From: Prorocentrum cordatum
Lineage: Eukaryota
Direction of reading: 5' to 3'
Length of the DNA stretch: 54,782 nucleotides
Assembly: GCA_963575745.1 (NCBI GenBank)
Contig: CAUYUJ010000210.1
Location: 62,001 to 116,782, forward strand
Positions 39,508-51,438 of this stretch are shown piece by piece. Made by a program: the position numbers and the translations under genes. The notes below the pieces were generated by a model. That model saw only the letters and a list, made by a program, of their open reading frames with translations, was not told where the DNA came from and made no database searches. The first letter of the stretch is position 1; each line of letters starts with the position of its first letter.

Positions 39508-39626
39508 CTGGGGGGTCATCTTCGGGGACGCTGGCAGGCGGTGGATTTAGATATATTTGGCCCCCACAGGGCCCGAAAACATCCATATCCACCCTCTGCC
39601 GAGGTCCCCGAAGATCGATCTCCCAG
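39508..39626. repeat. Imperfect inverted repeat (foldback)
   Basis: ATCTTCGGGGACGCTGGCAGGCGGTGGATTTAGAT pairs with ATCCATATCCACCCTCTGCCGAGGTCCCCGAAGAT. Confidence 0.65.
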
Positions 39627-39945
39627 GCGGTGGGTATGGATGAATCTTCGCCTTGGGAGGGTCAAGACAGCATGCACGTACCGCCAGCAACTTGCCAAGG
39701 GTCGAGGAGGAGGAGGAAGGAGGAGGAGGAAGAGGAGGAGGAGGAGGAGGAGGAGAAGGAGGAGCAGGAGGGGGGGAGGAGGAGGACAAGGCTCCTCCTC
39801 ATCCTCCTCCTCCTCGGCACTCGCTCCCACAGCGGCCTTGTAGGCTGGCTCGACGCCGGCGTGAGTGACCTCCCACACCCGGCCACCCGCTTCCCGCCGC
39901 CGTCGCCACCGCCATCGTCATCAGCCTTGGAGAGGAAAAACTGGC

Positions 39946-40073
39946 CGGTGACCACATGTGAACCCCTACCCCCACCCCTCACGATTTCTAGCTCGGGAGC
40001 TCAAGAAAGAGTGAGGCCCCTCCCCCCTTTAGAAATCGTGGGGGGTGGGGGTAGGGTTCACATGTGGTCACCG
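39946..40073. mobile_element. Foldback/MITE-like element with ~44-bp near-perfect arms and 39-bp spacer
   Basis: CGGTGACCACATGTGAACCC...ACGATTTCTA / TAGAAATCGT...GGGTTCACATGTGGTCACCG (1 indel, 1 mismatch). Confidence 0.75.
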
Positions 40074-40286
40074 AGCCCAGAGGGCGGGCTGGAAGGGTTC
40101 CCTCCACAGCAGCACACTTAGTGCGGGCGCGTGCCGTTCACGCCACGAGCCAAGTGGGCAAAGAGATCGCGACGCCGACCCGCAACCCCCAACCGAGAGG
40201 GGTGGAGGCCGATGCTGCACTGTGCAACGCTGTGCACCGCCCAGGCTTGAAGAGGGGAGGGTGCCAAGGTTTGCACTTGACTCGAG

Positions 40287-40360
<74 letters not shown>

Positions 40361-40506
40361 GTCATCATCATCATCATCAGCATCGTCATCGTCGCCATCA
40401 GCATCAACAACATCAGCAGCAGCATCATCATGAGCACCATCATCATGAGGGCTATCATCATCAGGGCTATCATCATCAGCATCATCATTAGCATCATCCT
40501 TACCAG

Positions 40507-40552
<46 letters not shown>

Positions 40553-40596
40553 AGCATCATCAGCATCATCATAATCAGCAGCAGCATCGTAATCAA

Positions 40597-40631
<35 letters not shown>

Positions 40632-41340
40632 GTTTCATAATCATCACCAGCATCATAATCGTCAACGTCATCATCACCAGCATCATCAATATCAGCAGCA
40701 GCATTATCAGCATCATCATCAACAGCATCCTCATCAGCACTATCATCATCAGCATCATCCTCACCAGCATCAGCATCAGCATAATCAACATCATCATCAG
40801 CAGCATCATCAGTGTCGTCATCATTATCAGCATCATCATCGTCATCATCATAATCAGCAGCATCATAATCAACGTCATCATCAGCATTATCAATTTCATC
40901 ATCACCAACATCATCACCAGCATCATCATCGTCAACCTCATCATCATTTTCGTCATCATTATCAGCATCATCAGCATCATCATCATCATCATCATCATCA
41001 ATATCAGCAGCAGCATTGCCAGCATCATCATCAACAGCATCCTCATCAGCGCAGCGCTATCATCATCAGCATCATCCTCAACAGCATCATCATCAGCATC
41101 ATCATCAACATTATCATCATCAGCATCATCATCAGCATCATCGTCATCATCATCTTCATCATCATTGTCGTCATCATCATCATCAGCATCACCAGCATCA
41201 TCATCATATTCATTATCGTCCTAATCCTCATCCTCCTAATCCTCCTCATCCTCCTCATCCTCCTAATCCTCCTCATAATCCTTATTTTCATCCTCATCCT
41301 CATCCTCATCCTTTTTCCGAGTCCTCACCCTCATCCTCCT
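40287..41340. repeat. Long degenerate (CAT/CAG)n microsatellite
   Basis: Direct reading. Confidence 0.95.
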
Positions 41341-41566
41341 CCAACCCCGCGAAATTGCTCCCCTGCTCCTCCTCCTTCTCCTCCTCCTCCTCCTCCGAAT
41401 GCTACTCTCCATGCTCCTCACCTCTCCACAACGACACACTATTGACACTGTCTGCGCTCTCCCCATGACTCTGTCCAGAAGTTGTCCTGCCCTCCCCGCA
41501 GATTGTTTTCCACACATCGGATTTCAAAAGTTTGAATTTCTTAATATGTTTCCAATCCGAACGTCT

Positions 41567-41812
41567 CTGGTCCTTCAACATGGTATTCCCGCTGCAACGC
41601 TGGCCTCATTTCTGCGCTTCCGGACCTTCGATATCGTGCTCCAGTTCTAGCGTTGGTCTCGTTTCCGCGTGTTCGGTCATTCCGAATGGCGCTCCCGCTG
41701 CAGCGTTGGCCTCATTTCCGCGTTTTCGGTTCTTCAAAATGTGGCTCCCACTGCAGCATCAGCCTCACCACCAAATTGTCGGTCCTCCAGCATGGCATTC
41801 CGGCTGCACCGT
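41567..41812. repeat. ~54-bp minisatellite, ~4.5 copies
   Basis: CGGTCCTTC...GCTCCCGCTGCAGCGTTGGCCTCATTTCCGCG repeated. Confidence 0.7.
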
Positions 41813-42316
41813 TCGTGCAACCAGAGTGATCAATGCTACGCTAGATCTATGTATACATATGTGTGTGTACTGTTCTTACGCGTGCGATTGCATGCCTTGC
41901 TCTGAAATGCTGTGATATGCAACGCTAGTCTACGCAGTCCCATGCCATGCTATAGTATCCCGTGTCATGGCATGCAATTCAATGCTATGTTGAGTACCCT
42001 TTGCGATGCAATGGCCTTGCGCTGCAATGCTATGATGTGCAATGATTGACCACGCAATGCGAAGCCATGCTTTGCCATGCGGCACTCTGCAGTATACTCT
42101 CTCACGCCATGGCACGCGATGCTTTGCATCACACGCCCCTTGGGGATCGCTGCCCTCTTGGCACTCCACGTCCGACTGCGCGAACAGCAAGAGGATCTAT
42201 GCAACGGGAGGGCACGGAAGGAAGGGGGCAAGGACACCGAGTGTGGCGCGAGCGCGCCCCGCTTCTCACATCCCTTCTGCCATCTCCCCATTCCCTTCCC
42301 TCCCCCTCCCCTTCCA

Positions 42317-42481
42317 GAGGAAGAAAAAACGACATAAACATCAGCTTTTCGCTCTCCGCGCGGACTTCTTGGATCTGCGCCAGGGGCGGCTCCGGAGGCG
42401 CCGCAGGGAAGGGGCCCAGCGCGGATCCAAAGAAATCCGCGCGGAGCGCCACAAGTTTATGCTTGTCGTTTTTTCTTCTTC
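42317..42481. mobile_element. Foldback/MITE-like element with ~70-bp imperfect arms
   Basis: GAAGAAAAAACGACA...CTCCGCGCGGACTTCTTGGATC / GATCCAAAGAAATCCGCGCGGAG...TGTCGTTTTTTCTTC. Confidence 0.7.
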
Positions 42482-43176
42482 GACCTTCCCCAGAGCCACC
42501 CCACCACCCCTCCTGAGCTACGACGTCGCGATTGCCCGTTCTCGTTGACGGGGGGCTGGCCCTCCCCCCGCCCCTGCGCCCAGACCTGCTGCACTCGCCG
42601 TGCCGCCGCCTGCGCTCGCCACGGCGCCTCGCCCATGCCCGGCGACCGCCTGCGGCAGCGAGCCCGAGGAGCTGCAGCCCGAGAGATCGATGCCCGAGCA
42701 CGCATCCGCGCCTGGCCTGAGGCATCCGGACGGCTTCGAGGTCCCTTCCCTCGGTTTCGGCCAGGTGCGCGGCGCACATGGCTGGACGATCGCGCTCCAC
42801 TGCTCGCAGAGTAGCTGCTCGCAAGTGGCCTGGCTCCGCCGAGCAGGATTCACGACCCATCACATCGAGGCAGACCATGTTTTTTTGTTCAGGACGTCTG
42901 CGAGTAGACACTTCGCGAGTAGTGAAACGCGCCAGGTGAGAGAAAGTCCCTTCCCTCGGCTTCGGCCAGGTGTGCGGCGCACGTAGCTGCTGACCTGTTG
43001 ACACCCCGGGCGCAGTGTACCAAGCAGCGTCCGCGGGCCTTCCTAGCGGCTTCCAGCGCAGGGCGAACACTTCACGCGTCACGCGTCAAGTGTTTGTCGT
43101 ATGCCTCGATGCCGGTGCAGTGCAGTGCGGTCCACCCGGGCCCCTCGGCGCACCAGGGCTCGCAACCATATGGACG

Positions 43177-43568
43177 ACGTGCGTGTGCGTGTGCGTGTGC
43201 GTGTGCGTGTGCGTGTGCGTGTGCGTTTGCGTGTGCGTGTGCGTGTGCGTGTGCGTGTGCATGTGAGTGCGTGTGCGTGTGCGTGTGCGTGTGCGTGTAC
43301 GTGTGCGTGTGCGTGTGCGTGTGCGTGTGCGTGTGCGTGTGCGTGTGCGTGTACGTGTGCGTGTGCGTGTGCGTGTGCGTGTGCGTGTGCGTGTGCGTGT
43401 GCGTGTGCGTGTGCGTGTGCGTGTGCGTGTGCGTGTGCGTGTGCGTGTGCGTGTGCGTGTGCGTGTGCGTGCGCGTGCGCGTGTGCGTGTGCGTGTGCTT
43501 GTGCGTGTGCGTGTGCGTGTGCGTGTGCGTGTGCGTGTGCGTGTGCGTGTGCGTGTGCGTGTGCGTGT
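43177..43568. repeat. (GTGCGT)n hexamer satellite
   Basis: Direct reading; runs into the N gap. Confidence 0.95.
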
Positions 43569-43668
43569 NNNNNNNNNNNNNNNNNNNNNNNNNNNNNNNN
43601 NNNNNNNNNNNNNNNNNNNNNNNNNNNNNNNNNNNNNNNNNNNNNNNNNNNNNNNNNNNNNNNNNNNN
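43569..43668. other. Assembly gap (100 N)
   Basis: Run of n characters. Confidence 0.99.
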
Positions 43669-44810
43669 TGTGGGTTGTGGGTTGTGGGTTGTGGGTGGTG
43701 GGTTGTGGGTTGTGGGTTGTGGGTTGTGGGTTGTGGGTTGTGGGTTGTGGGTTGTGGGTTGTGGGTTGTGGGTTGTGGGTTGTGGGTTGTGGGTTGTGCG
43801 TTGTGTGTTGTGTGTTGTGTGTTGTGTGTTGTGTGTTGTGTGTTGTGTGTTGTGTGTTGTGTGTTGTGTGTTGTGTGTTGTGTGTTGTGTGTTGTGTGTT
43901 GTGTGTTGTGTGCTGTGTGCTGTGTGTTGTGTGTTGTGTGTTGTGTGTTGTGTGTTGTGTGTTGTGTGTTGTGTGTTGTGTGTTGTGTGTTGTGTGTTGT
44001 GTGTTGTGTGTTGTGTGTTGTGTGTTGTGTGTTGTGTGTTGTGTGTTGTGTGTTGTGCGTTGTGTGTTGTGTGTTGTGTGTTGTGTGTTGTGTGTTGTGT
44101 GTTGTGTGTTGTGTGTTGTGTGTTGTGTGTTGTGTGTTGTGTGTTGTGTGTTGTGTGTTGTGTGTTGTGTGTTGTGTGTTGTGTGTTGTGTGTTGTGTGT
44201 TGTGTTTTGTGTGTTTTGTGTTGTGTGTTGTGTGTTGTGTGTTGTGTGTTGTGTGTTGTGTGTTGTGTGTTGTGTGTTGTGTGTTGTGTGTTGTGTGTTG
44301 TGTGTTGTGTGTTGTGTGTTGTGTGTTGTGTGTTGTTTGTTGTGTGTTGTGTGTTGTGTGTTGTGTGTTGTGTGTTGTGTGTTGTGTGTTGTGTGTTGTG
44401 TGTTGTGTGTTGTGTGTTGTGTGTTGTGTGTTGTGTGTTGTGTGTTGTGTGTTGTGTGGTGTGTGGTGTGTGGTGTGTTGTGTGTTGTGTGTTGTGTGTT
44501 GTGTGTTGTGTGTTGTGTGTTGTGTGTTGTGTGTTGTGTTTTGTGTTTTGTGTGTTGTGTGTTGTGTCCTGTGTGTTGTGTGTTGTGTGTTGTGTGTTGT
44601 GTGTTGTGTGTTGTGTGTTGTGTGTTGTGTGGTGTGTGTTGTGTGGTGTGTGTTGTGTGTTGTGTGTGGTGTGTGGTGTGTTGTGTGTTGTGTGTTGTGT
44701 GTTGTGTGTTGTGTGTTGTGTGTTGTGTGTTGTGTGTTGTGTGTTGTGTGTTGTGTGTTGTGTGTTGTGTGTTGTGTGTTGTGTGTTGTGTGTTGTGTGT
44801 TGTGTGTGTG
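43669..44810. repeat. (TTGTGGG)n grading into (TTGTGTG)n heptamer satellite
   Basis: Direct reading. Confidence 0.95.
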
Positions 44811-46204
44811 TGTCACCCCCCGCGGGATTTCACGCACGGCCGCCTCCGCCGCCAGCTTGCCCCCAAGCAGCTTCCAATGGGTGATCTCGGAGGCCTCTAG
44901 GGCGTGGCACTGCCCTCCTGCGACAGGACGGCCTCCAGCGCCGCCAGCCAGCGCTGCAGCTGGTATGGGCAGCCCAGGGCCGCCTCTGCTGCCAATTCGT
45001 TGCCCGTCGGCCACACCTGGATGAACCCCCGAATCCGCCCGTGCGCCCGCTGCCGCCGTGGCGATCAGGCGGAGAGGGCCAGGGCCATCGTAGCCCAGCG
45101 AGAGAAAATCGGCCTGGCCTCCAGACGCCAGCTCCTCGAGCTGCCCCCGCAGCTGCCCACCGCCCTCCGCCAGCTCCGAGCGCACGTGCCCCTCGCAGAC
45201 CGCGTCCGGCCCACCCGCAGAGTTCAAGGACGTTGAAGACGAAGGGCCAGCAGCTCCGCACGGCCTCGGGCAGCGCGCCTCGAAGCGCAGCTGCATCATC
45301 CCGCCCGTCGGCAGGCCACCGCCATGAGGCCCACGCCAGGGCCGCGGCACGTGCCCCCTCATGGCGCTGCTCGGGCCGCGCTTGTTCCCGGCGCGGGTCC
45401 CTGGAGCTCTCGACCCTTTCCCCGGGCGTGGCTCTTGCGCTCGGTTACACTCAGCGGTCCCGAAAAAGTCCGAAGCGGGCAACCAGGAGCCCAAGCAGGG
45501 AGAACAGACCAGGTACTCCATCGTTCGCGGTGCCTGCAGGGAGGGTTCTTATTTGCCCCGTCCTCCTCCCCGCCCTCCTCTTCCTCCTCTTTCTCCTCTT
45601 CCTGCGTCTTTTTTCATTATCAACAAATGATTCCTCGTAGCACCACCCAATTTGTCTATAAGGCGGACCAGACGTTTCGCAAGGGACTTCACATCCGCAC
45701 AGCATGTCAAGGCTTGAAACCCCCAACAGCCCAACGATGGAGAATCTCGCCTCAGCGCCGCATATACTCTTCTTATGAATGTCAGACTATCAGAAAAGAT
45801 GGAGGGCGAATGGATGTTCAGAAATGCGACTCTCGCCATGGCGCCGCGCAAATTCGTCCCAGGAAGTCCCACGGAAGGAAGGATGGAGACCAAAGACCTC
45901 GATCCTGGATCCTCGTCCTGCTCGTCCTCCTGGCGAACCTCCTTGGGCTTGTCAACCTCCTTCAGATATTTGTCCTCCCCCTCCTCCACCTCCTCTTCCT
46001 CCTCCTCCTCCTCCTTCTCCTCCTGCTCCTCGTCCTCCTCCTCCTCATTCTCCGCCTCCTCCTCCCCCCTCTCAATTCCTTTCCCTAATGAACAATTTCT
46101 CCATGCCGCACCCCGAGGGCAGTCGGAAGGGTGGGCCTGGCCTTCCACCCGAGATGTCCTTACCATGTATATCATGCAGCTTACAATTCGCAGCAGCTTC
46201 ACAA

Positions 46205-46880
46205 ATTGAGGGCGGGTGGTTTTCAAGATGTGGTTCTCGCCTTAACGCCGCACACATGTGTCTTAAACAATTGCAAGAGCTTCATGGATTGAAGGCGTGT
46301 GGCTTTCGATGTGCGTCTCTCGCCTAAGCGCCGCGTATAGTCGTTGTAACAAGTCCAAGAGCTTCACAGGTTGAATGCGGATGGTTGTAAATGTGGCTCT
46401 CGCCTTAAGCGACGCGCACATTCGCATGAAAACTTGCAGGCGCTTGACGGATTCAGGGCGGGTGGAGTTTCAAAATGTGGCCCTCGCCTGAACGCCGCGC
46501 ACATTCGTCTTCGAAGTTTGCAAGAGCTTCAAGGATTGAGGCCGAATCGTTTTCAAAATGCGGCTCTCGTCCTAGCGCCGCGCAGATTCGCACTCAAAAA
46601 CGCAACGGATTCACAGATTCTCACTGGTAACGTACCAGAATTTGTTTGGAGCAATTCAACTGTCAGGGCGCAACAGTTACTTTGATTCGCGGTGTCGAAG
46701 TCCCAGGAATGCTGTTCTGGCACGGTTCAGGATCGTCGAGACGCAATAGTCAAGTTGATTCGTGGCGTTGAAGTCTCGAGAACGGTGCACTTCCGACGGG
46801 GCACTTCCCCCAGTGGGAACGAATCCCAATAGGGGAATGTGAAGAGGGAGCTCGTTGATGAGTCTTGGGTTTACACTGGT
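46205..46880 (+). repeat. Dispersed repeat (same family), copy 2
   Basis: Five to six ~75-bp subunits, then a unique segment ending in (TCC)n. Confidence 0.7.
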
Positions 46881-46906
46881 CCTCCTCCTCCTCCCTCCTC
46901 GGGCTC

Positions 46907-47092
46907 GTCGGGGATCTACTGACCCGGGTCAATCCAGACCCAGGCCAGTCAGGTTTTGCTGGATCCTGCAAGATCCTGCGGGATCCTGCGCCGAAGCCCT
47001 CGTCAGTGCGCCCCTTGCTCTGCAAGATCTCGCAAGATCTGGCGCTCTGGCTGACCCCCGTTTGCATTGACCCCCGCCTCAAGGCTCCCGAC
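46907..47092. mobile_element. Degenerate MITE related to the NTCGGG-ended family
   Basis: GTCGGGGATC..GGGTCAATCCAGAC versus the reverse complement of GTTTGCATTGACCCCCG..GCTCCCGAC; flanks CTC/CCC. Confidence 0.4.
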
Positions 47093-49339
47093 CCCTGAAG
47101 AGACCGGCTCGGGATGAAGAAGCAGGTCATGGGGAAGAGGCCGAGACCCCTGGGGGTACACATTGTCGATCGATCAATCAATCGAGGCTCGAGGATCGAG
47201 GTTCGATCGATTGAGACTCGACCCATCGATCGACCGATCAATCGATCGATCAATCAAAACTCCCGATCTCGTCCTTCCCCGCCCCCGCCGGGCTCGGGCT
47301 CGTCGGCCGCGGGGAGCAATTGCCCGCGCGGCGCCGGGGCTGGTCCGCCGGCAACTCGCAGTACCTCCGCGCGAAGGGGCGGGCCCCGAGGTTTAGCGGA
47401 GGAGGCGGAGGAGGAGGAGGAGGACGAGGAGGAGGGAGAGGAGGACGAGAAGGAGGAGGGCAAGAAGGAGGAGGGAGAGGAGGAGGGCAAGGTGTGGAGG
47501 AGCAGGAGGAGGAGGAGGAGGAGGAGGAGGAGGAGGAGGAGGAGGAGGAGGAGGAGGAGGAGGAGGAGTGGGAGGAGGAGAGCGAGGGGGAACAGTAAAG
47601 AGGAGGAGGAGGAGGAGGGCGGGGAATGGGGCGTGGAGTGGAAGGAGGAGGAGGAGTAAGACAACGATGAGGGGGAAAAAAGGAGAGAGGAAAAGGGCGC
47701 GGGCCTCTCTGGGGGCCCTCTTGGGCCGTCGAAGAGCTCGCTTGGACTGTTCCGTGCGCCCCCACTGAGAACATCGCGGCAGATCGCGCAGAGGAAAGCG
47801 GTTGAGTTTTCTAATTTGAACATGTTCAGGACTTCCGCCAACGTGCCTTCAGCGCGTACTGCAATACCCCAATGCTCATGCAGATGTAAGTGTTAGAAGG
47901 GAAGGTCCAGACAACCTATTTGCCCGAACTCCCGAGAGCTCCTGCGCACGTCTGGCGCTTCTCATGTGGAATTGGGAAAACCCAAACCTTTCCACACTGC
48001 CTCCAACATCGCCGAAGTGTCCTCCAAGCAACTCACAAAAAACGCAAACCCTCCAGGTGGGCCCAAGGGCGCCCTATGTGTTGGTTGATTGCTTATCAAT
48101 CCGTCGGGGAAGCATGGAGATCGGTTAGCAAGACTCTGCCTGGCTGACGTGTTTCGTGTTGCTTGGTACAGCTTCCACTAGCGCCACAAGCCATCGTCAA
48201 AAACACAACTTCAACATAGACCTCACATGTTGCACCGAAGCCAAGAAACAACTTGCTCACAAAGCACATGTGTTGGAGGAGGAGGAGGAGGAGGAGGAGG
48301 AGGAGGACGAGGAGGAAAGCTGCGGGGATGGGGCTCGACCACACAATTGGCGCATGCACTCCGCGGGCAGATATATCATACACTGTATACATGTTAGCAG
48401 GCAGATTCATTAAAAAAGGCTGCGCCCTAGAGCCATCCCAATCTGGGCAGCCGCCAAAGGAATCGAAGCCGCACGCTTACGTTTGCGGATGCCAGGACAA
48501 TGGACACCCTAACAATCCGATCATTGAATGAAAAATGTGTTTAAAATGTTTGAATAGTGTTCAAAACATGTGGTTTACGCGTCTAAGACATGTTTAAAGC
48601 AGTTTTAGATGTCTGGAAATTGCTTGGCAACATGTGCTTCCTCTCTATTGATCGTCGTCCACAAGCTTACGTCGTGCAAGTGATGCCTCATCGTCCCCCT
48701 GTCCTTCCCCTCCTCATCCACCTCTCACCTGTCCTGAACTGGCGAGAACCCCAGAATATCGGCCAGGAGGGGGGGGAGAAGCCAAATCCGCTCAAAAGCA
48801 GGCCCCAGACCCCTCCCGGGGTCCATCTGGTGCAGCTTTTCACCCCGGATCCATTTTCACTGTCCCGGGTCGCGAAAACGACCCCCGGAGTCCGAAAAAA
48901 GCCCCCCCCCCCCAAAAAAAACGCTCCCGAACCAAGAACCTCGAACCTGCCCGCCCTTCCTGCTGGCCTGAACAAATGATGGGCCACCTCGGACCCCGAG
49001 ACGGCTCCAGCTTCAGCCCCCCTCCCCTTCTTCCTCCCCTCCTGCACCTTCTTCCTCCCCTGCTCCTGCACCTCTTCCTCCCCGCCCCCTCCTCCTCCTG
49101 CACCTTCTTCCTCCCCTCCCCTCCCCCTCCTGCACCTTCTTCCTCCCCTCCTCTCCTCCCCTTCTTCCTCCCCTCCTCCTGCACCCCTTTCCGACTGCAC
49201 GCGGCGCCCTCCGGGAGGGAGGGCGTCCACGGCACCGGCGGGAGACCCCAGGAGGAGGGAGACGTGCGGAGGCGGCGGCAGCAGGTGCAAGGCTGTTCCT
49301 GGCCTTCCCCCCCTCCTCCTTCTCCACCCCTCCTCCTCA

Positions 49340-50300
49340 TGTGGATCTCGCCGTAGCGACGCGCACATTTGTCGCATAAGCGTGCAAGGGTTTCTCGGAT
49401 GGAGGGGTGCTCCGTTTCAAAATGTGGCTCTCGCCTCAGCGCCGCGCGGATTCAGTTTCATAAATTTGCAACAGGTTCATGAAAGGAGGGCGGGTCGTTC
49501 TCAAAATGTGGCGATCGCCTTAGCGCCACGCACATTCGCCTCAAAGGACTGCAACAGTTTCACTGATGAAGGGTGGGAGGCTTTCAAACTGTGGTTCGCG
49601 TCCCAGCTCCGCGTACGTTCGTCTAAAATGATTGCAACAGTTGCAGCGAATGGAGGGCGAGGGGCTTTCCACCTGTGGCTTTCGCCTCGGCGCCTGGCAC
49701 GGCCCTCGGTTTGCAGAGAGGGTCACGCATTGACGGCGGGTGGCGTTTTCAAGATGTGGCCCTCGCCCCAGCGCTGCGCACACTCGTCTTGAGAGTGTGC
49801 CGCGACTTCCAGGATGGGGGGCGGCTCGCATTTGGAATGTGGTTTTCGCCCCATCGCCGCGCAGTTCATCGTAAGAGTTTTCAGCAGCTTCACGGACGCA
49901 GGGCGGGTGGCGCAAAAAAGGCGGCTCTCCCGTTCACGAAGGACTGCAAAAAAAACCCTCCGTCGTTCGGGTGGCTCAGAAAAGGTGGCTCTCCCTGTCT
50001 CGCGCCGCGCGCATTCGTTTGAAAAGATTGGCAGAGCATCACGGATGGAGGGCGCTGTTTGCTCAAACTCTGGCTCTCGCCTCAGCGCCGCGTAGATCTG
50101 CCCTAAAAGTTGGCACCAGTTGTAAGGAATGGTATGCGGGCACGATTTAGGACTGTCAGGGCGCAACATTCCCTTTGCGTCGCAGTGTTGAAGTCATGAG
50201 AAAGGAGCTGCGGCACGATTCAGGATGGGCAGGACGGGACGCAACAGTAAACAAATTATTCGCGGCGATGAAGAACCAGGAGTGGTGTTTTGGCACGGTT
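49340..50300 (+). repeat. Dispersed repeat (same family), copy 3, with expanded subunits
   Basis: About ten ~75-bp TGTGGCTCTCGCCT subunits, then GACTGTCAGGGCGCAACA shared with ~46659. Confidence 0.65.
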
Positions 50301-50563
50301 GGAGATGACCAGACGGTTGTCTTCCAACGGAGGACTTCCCACAGTGAAAATCCGCCGGCCCCCTTGTGGGGCCACCAGGCTGTAGGCGCGGGTTCGCAGT
50401 TTCCTGTGTCAGTTGTAGCTTGTAGTTTCCAGTGTTACAGTTCTGCTTCTTGCTGGTTACTGTAACTAGTTGATTGACCGCGCGAGGGGGGGGGAGGCCC
50501 AAACCACATATTTAGCACCTCCTGGGCGCGTTGTCTGAATTGCTGGGGGGGGCTCGAAATCGA

Positions 50564-51090
50564 CACCCCTCACGCAGATCCGCGGGGTCAGGGTCCAAAA
50601 ACACAGGGATTTGCCACATTTCTGAAATTCGGTGCCACCCCTCACGCAGATCCGCGGGGTCAGGGTCCAAAAACACAGGGGATTTGCCACATTTCTGAAA
50701 TTCGGTGCCACCCCTCACGCAGATCCGCGGGGTCAGGGTCCAAAAACACAAGGGATTTGCCACATTTCTGAAATTCGGTGCCACCCCTCACGCAGATCCG
50801 CGGGGTCAGGGTCCAAAAACACAAGGGATTTGCCACATTTCTGAAATTCGGTGCCACCCCTCACGCAGATCCGCGGGGTCAGGGTCCAAAAACACAAGGG
50901 ATTTGCCACATTTCTGAAATTCGGTGCCACCCCTCACGCAGATCCGCGGGGTCAGGGTCCAAAAACACAAGGGATTTGCCACATTTCTGAAATTCGGTGC
51001 CACCCCTCACGCAGATCCGCGGGGTCAGGGTCCAAAAACACAAGGGATTTGCCACATTTCTGAAATTCGGTGCCACCCTTCACGCACATC
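50564..51090. repeat. 73-bp near-perfect tandem repeat, ~7 copies
   Basis: CACCCCTCACGCAGATCCGCGGGGTCAGGGTCCAAAAACACAAGGGATTTGCCACATTTCTGAAATTCGGTGC. Confidence 0.95.
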
Positions 51091-51400
51091 CATCGCAAGG
51101 CGTGGTAACCCAAACTGCGAGAACTCCCTCGGCCCTTTAATCGCAAGGTGTGGTAACCAAGCCCGTAAACCATACACGTCTTACCAATCGCCAGGTGTGG
51201 TAACCCCTCTTGTGATCAGTTGGTTTGCTGATTGCGAATCGGCTTCGCATGAAGTTTCGATACTGCTTCACGACAGCGCCAAGGCCTCATGACTTAGCTC
51301 TTCCATGGCCCATTCTCCGAGAGAGGGGGCCGGCGGCAGGGGGCGAAGCCCTTACGGATAATTTCTAGTGGGCCATCACCATCATCATCATCACCACCAC

Positions 51401-51438
<38 letters not shown>

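Noticed and set aside
43669..43797. True telomeric repeat
   Set aside because: TTGTGGG is not TTTAGGG, and the tract is internal and grades into TTGTGTG.
42998..45521. 600-800-aa Cys/Val or Thr/His ORFs
   Set aside because: Translations of 6- and 7-bp satellites running through an N gap.
50564..51205. CRISPR array
   Set aside because: The 73-bp units are whole tandem duplicates without spacers. The 19-bp trio is too short, has only 3 copies, no cas genes are present and the context is eukaryotic.
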